Shown here piece after piece: positions 62,776-64,000 of a DNA stretch of 64,000 nt. The DNA is from Bacteroidota bacterium. GTDB lineage: Bacteria > Bacteroidota > Bacteroidia > Bacteroidales > VadinHA17. Numbering within the stretch: position 1 is the first letter of the stretch; every line of letters begins with the position of its first letter. The position numbers and the translations under genes are program-made. The DNA lies in NCBI GenBank assembly GCA_016718875.1, contig JADKBL010000014.1:6524-70523 (forward strand). The letters run 5' to 3'. Under the pieces are notes generated by a model, which worked only from the letters and a program-made list of their open reading frames with translations, was not told the origin of the DNA and did no database searches.

Positions 62776-64000
62776 TTGAATAAACATTTTCTTTCTATAC
62801 TCTTTTTAATTTCTGCAACCATCACATCTGTTTCAGGGCAGGCTGGTGAAAACTACCTTGAAATCCAAAAGGTGAACGGTGAAATTAATTTCGACGGTAT
62901 ATGTAATGAACCGCTCTGGGACAACCTTCCCTTAGTTCCAATGACAATGTTCAAGCCCAATCATGGCAGCAAACCATCAGAAAGATCAGATGTATTCGTA
63001 ACCTTTGATGATGAGTACTTATTGATCGGTGCCAGGTTATACTATGAAAACGGAAGTATAATACGATCAACCACAAAAAAAAGGGATGGTGCCGACGGCG
63101 GCAGTGATAATTTCGGCATCCTGCTCGATTCTTTCAATGACAATGAAAACGCCTTATGCTTTGAAACAAATCCTTCGGGTCTGAGGTCTGATTTTACGAT
63201 AGATAACGATGCCCAGGTACCTATGGGAATGATGCCTTTTAACAGGAGCTGGGATACCTTCTGGGATGTGAAAACCAATATAATCGGTAAGGTGCTGCAT
63301 ATCGAAATCCGCATTCCTTTTTCCAGCCTGCGGTTCCAGGAAACCGACGGCAAGGTAATCATGGGAATGTCAATCTGGCGTCAGATTTCAAGTAAACAGG
63401 AATGGAATAACTTTCCCGACATAAGCAATGAATATGGTAATTTCGGAGTCTGGAAACCTTCGCAGGCTCATAAAATCGTTATAAAAGGAATTAAAAGGAA
63501 AAAACCTGTCTATATAAAACCGTATCTGAAGGGGGGCTTTGAACAATCACACAAGCTCAATGAGACAGAAACAGCCTATCAGGTAAGTAACAATCCCAAA
63601 TTAAATGCCGGCCTTGATGTAAAATATTCCCTGACAAGCAATATTACAGCCGACCTTACTCTGAACACCGATTTTGCCCAGGTTGAAGTGGATGACCAGA
63701 TGGTAAATCTTACCCGGTATTCACTTTTTTTCCCGGAAAAGAGGCAGTTCTTTGTGGAGCGTTCAAGCATTTTTAACATCCATACCGGTTATCTCGACCA
63801 GGTATTTTACAGCCGGCGCATCGGATTATACGAAGGAGAAATTGTGCCGATCATAGGAGGGGCAAGGGTTGTCGGAAGGGCAGGTAAATGGGATCTTGGA
63901 TTTCTTGATATGCAGACTACTGATTTTGATTACACCGATCCTGATACTGATTCTGTAACTCATTTATATTCTGCCAATCATGGAGTCTTAAGACTGAGAA
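62776..64000 (+). CDS. DUF5916 / CBM9-like domain protein (3' end outside window)
   Basis: This ORF is not in the track because it has no stop in the window. I translated the frame by eye from the TTG at 62776 to the end without finding a stop. It has a signal peptide, NGEINFDGICNEPLWDN and TLNTDFAQVEVDDQMVNLTRYSLFFPEKRQFF. Confidence 0.7.
   Translation, partial: MNKHFLSILFLISATITSVSGQAGENYLEIQKVNGEINFDGICNEPLWDNLPLVPMTMFKPNHGSKPSERSDVFVTFDDEYLLIGARLYYENGSIIRSTTKKRDGADGGSDNFGILLDSFNDNENALCFETNPSGLRSDFTIDNDAQVPMGMMPFNRSWDTFWDVKTNIIGKVLHIEIRIPFSSLRFQETDGKVIMGMSIWRQISSKQEWNNFPDISNEYGNFGVWKPSQAHKIVIKGIKRKKPVYIKPYLKGGFEQSHKLNETETAYQVSNNPKLNAGLDVKYSLTSNITADLTLNTDFAQVEVDDQMVNLTRYSLFFPEKRQFFVERSSIFNIHTGYLDQVFYSRRIGLYEGEIVPIIGGARVVGRAGKWDLGFLDMQTTDFDYTDPDTDSVTHLYSANHGVLRLR

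Overview
This is a 64-kb chromosomal segment that looks like a Bacteroidota genome. It is about 40% GC, has TAnnTTTG -7 promoter boxes in front of many genes, and has typical content: lipoproteins, an M56/TonB sensor, DUF1080, DUF4197, DUF5916 and two GH29 fucosidases. Most of it is ordinary housekeeping and carbohydrate metabolism. Recognisable genes are cobB (partial), ubiX, ribE, ileS, dnaG, an alpha-2-macroglobulin/pbpC pair, pruA, ispD, a fadD-like ligase, lgt, an mtnA/aldolase/mtnP cluster, fsr, and a 13-gene minus-strand run. That run contains an amino-sugar module: two ROK kinases, a SIS deaminase-like protein, a PIG-L deacetylase and a PPi-type phosphofructokinase. No CRISPR array, defence system, prophage or rRNA is visible. 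Five things are less ordinary. (1) Many intergenic regions carry GC-rich hairpin elements built from short repeated words. These include a MITE-like family with TTAACCACAGAGGACAC termini (3 copies plus 2 variants), GGCGCAAN octamer tracts placed right after stop codons, an identical 21-nt triloop hairpin at two loci, and an inverted-repeat cassette around a decayed four-helix-bundle ORF. (2) A tRNA-Val(GAC)-like gene has enlarged anticodon and T loops but its own promoter box and terminator. (3) A low-GC island sits beside a tRNA(CAU). It holds an IS256 remnant, decayed GT-C glycosyltransferase and HAD genes, and an intact UbiA prenyltransferase. (4) A G6-C-G15 tract lies at the pbpC 3' end. 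(5) A decayed IS3 element is inserted into one of the repeat tracts. Two otherwise intact genes (M56-TonB and an Ig-like lipoprotein) each need a +1 frame correction at a short homopolymer, most simply a sequencing indel. All product calls come from motif recognition by eye; no searches were run.
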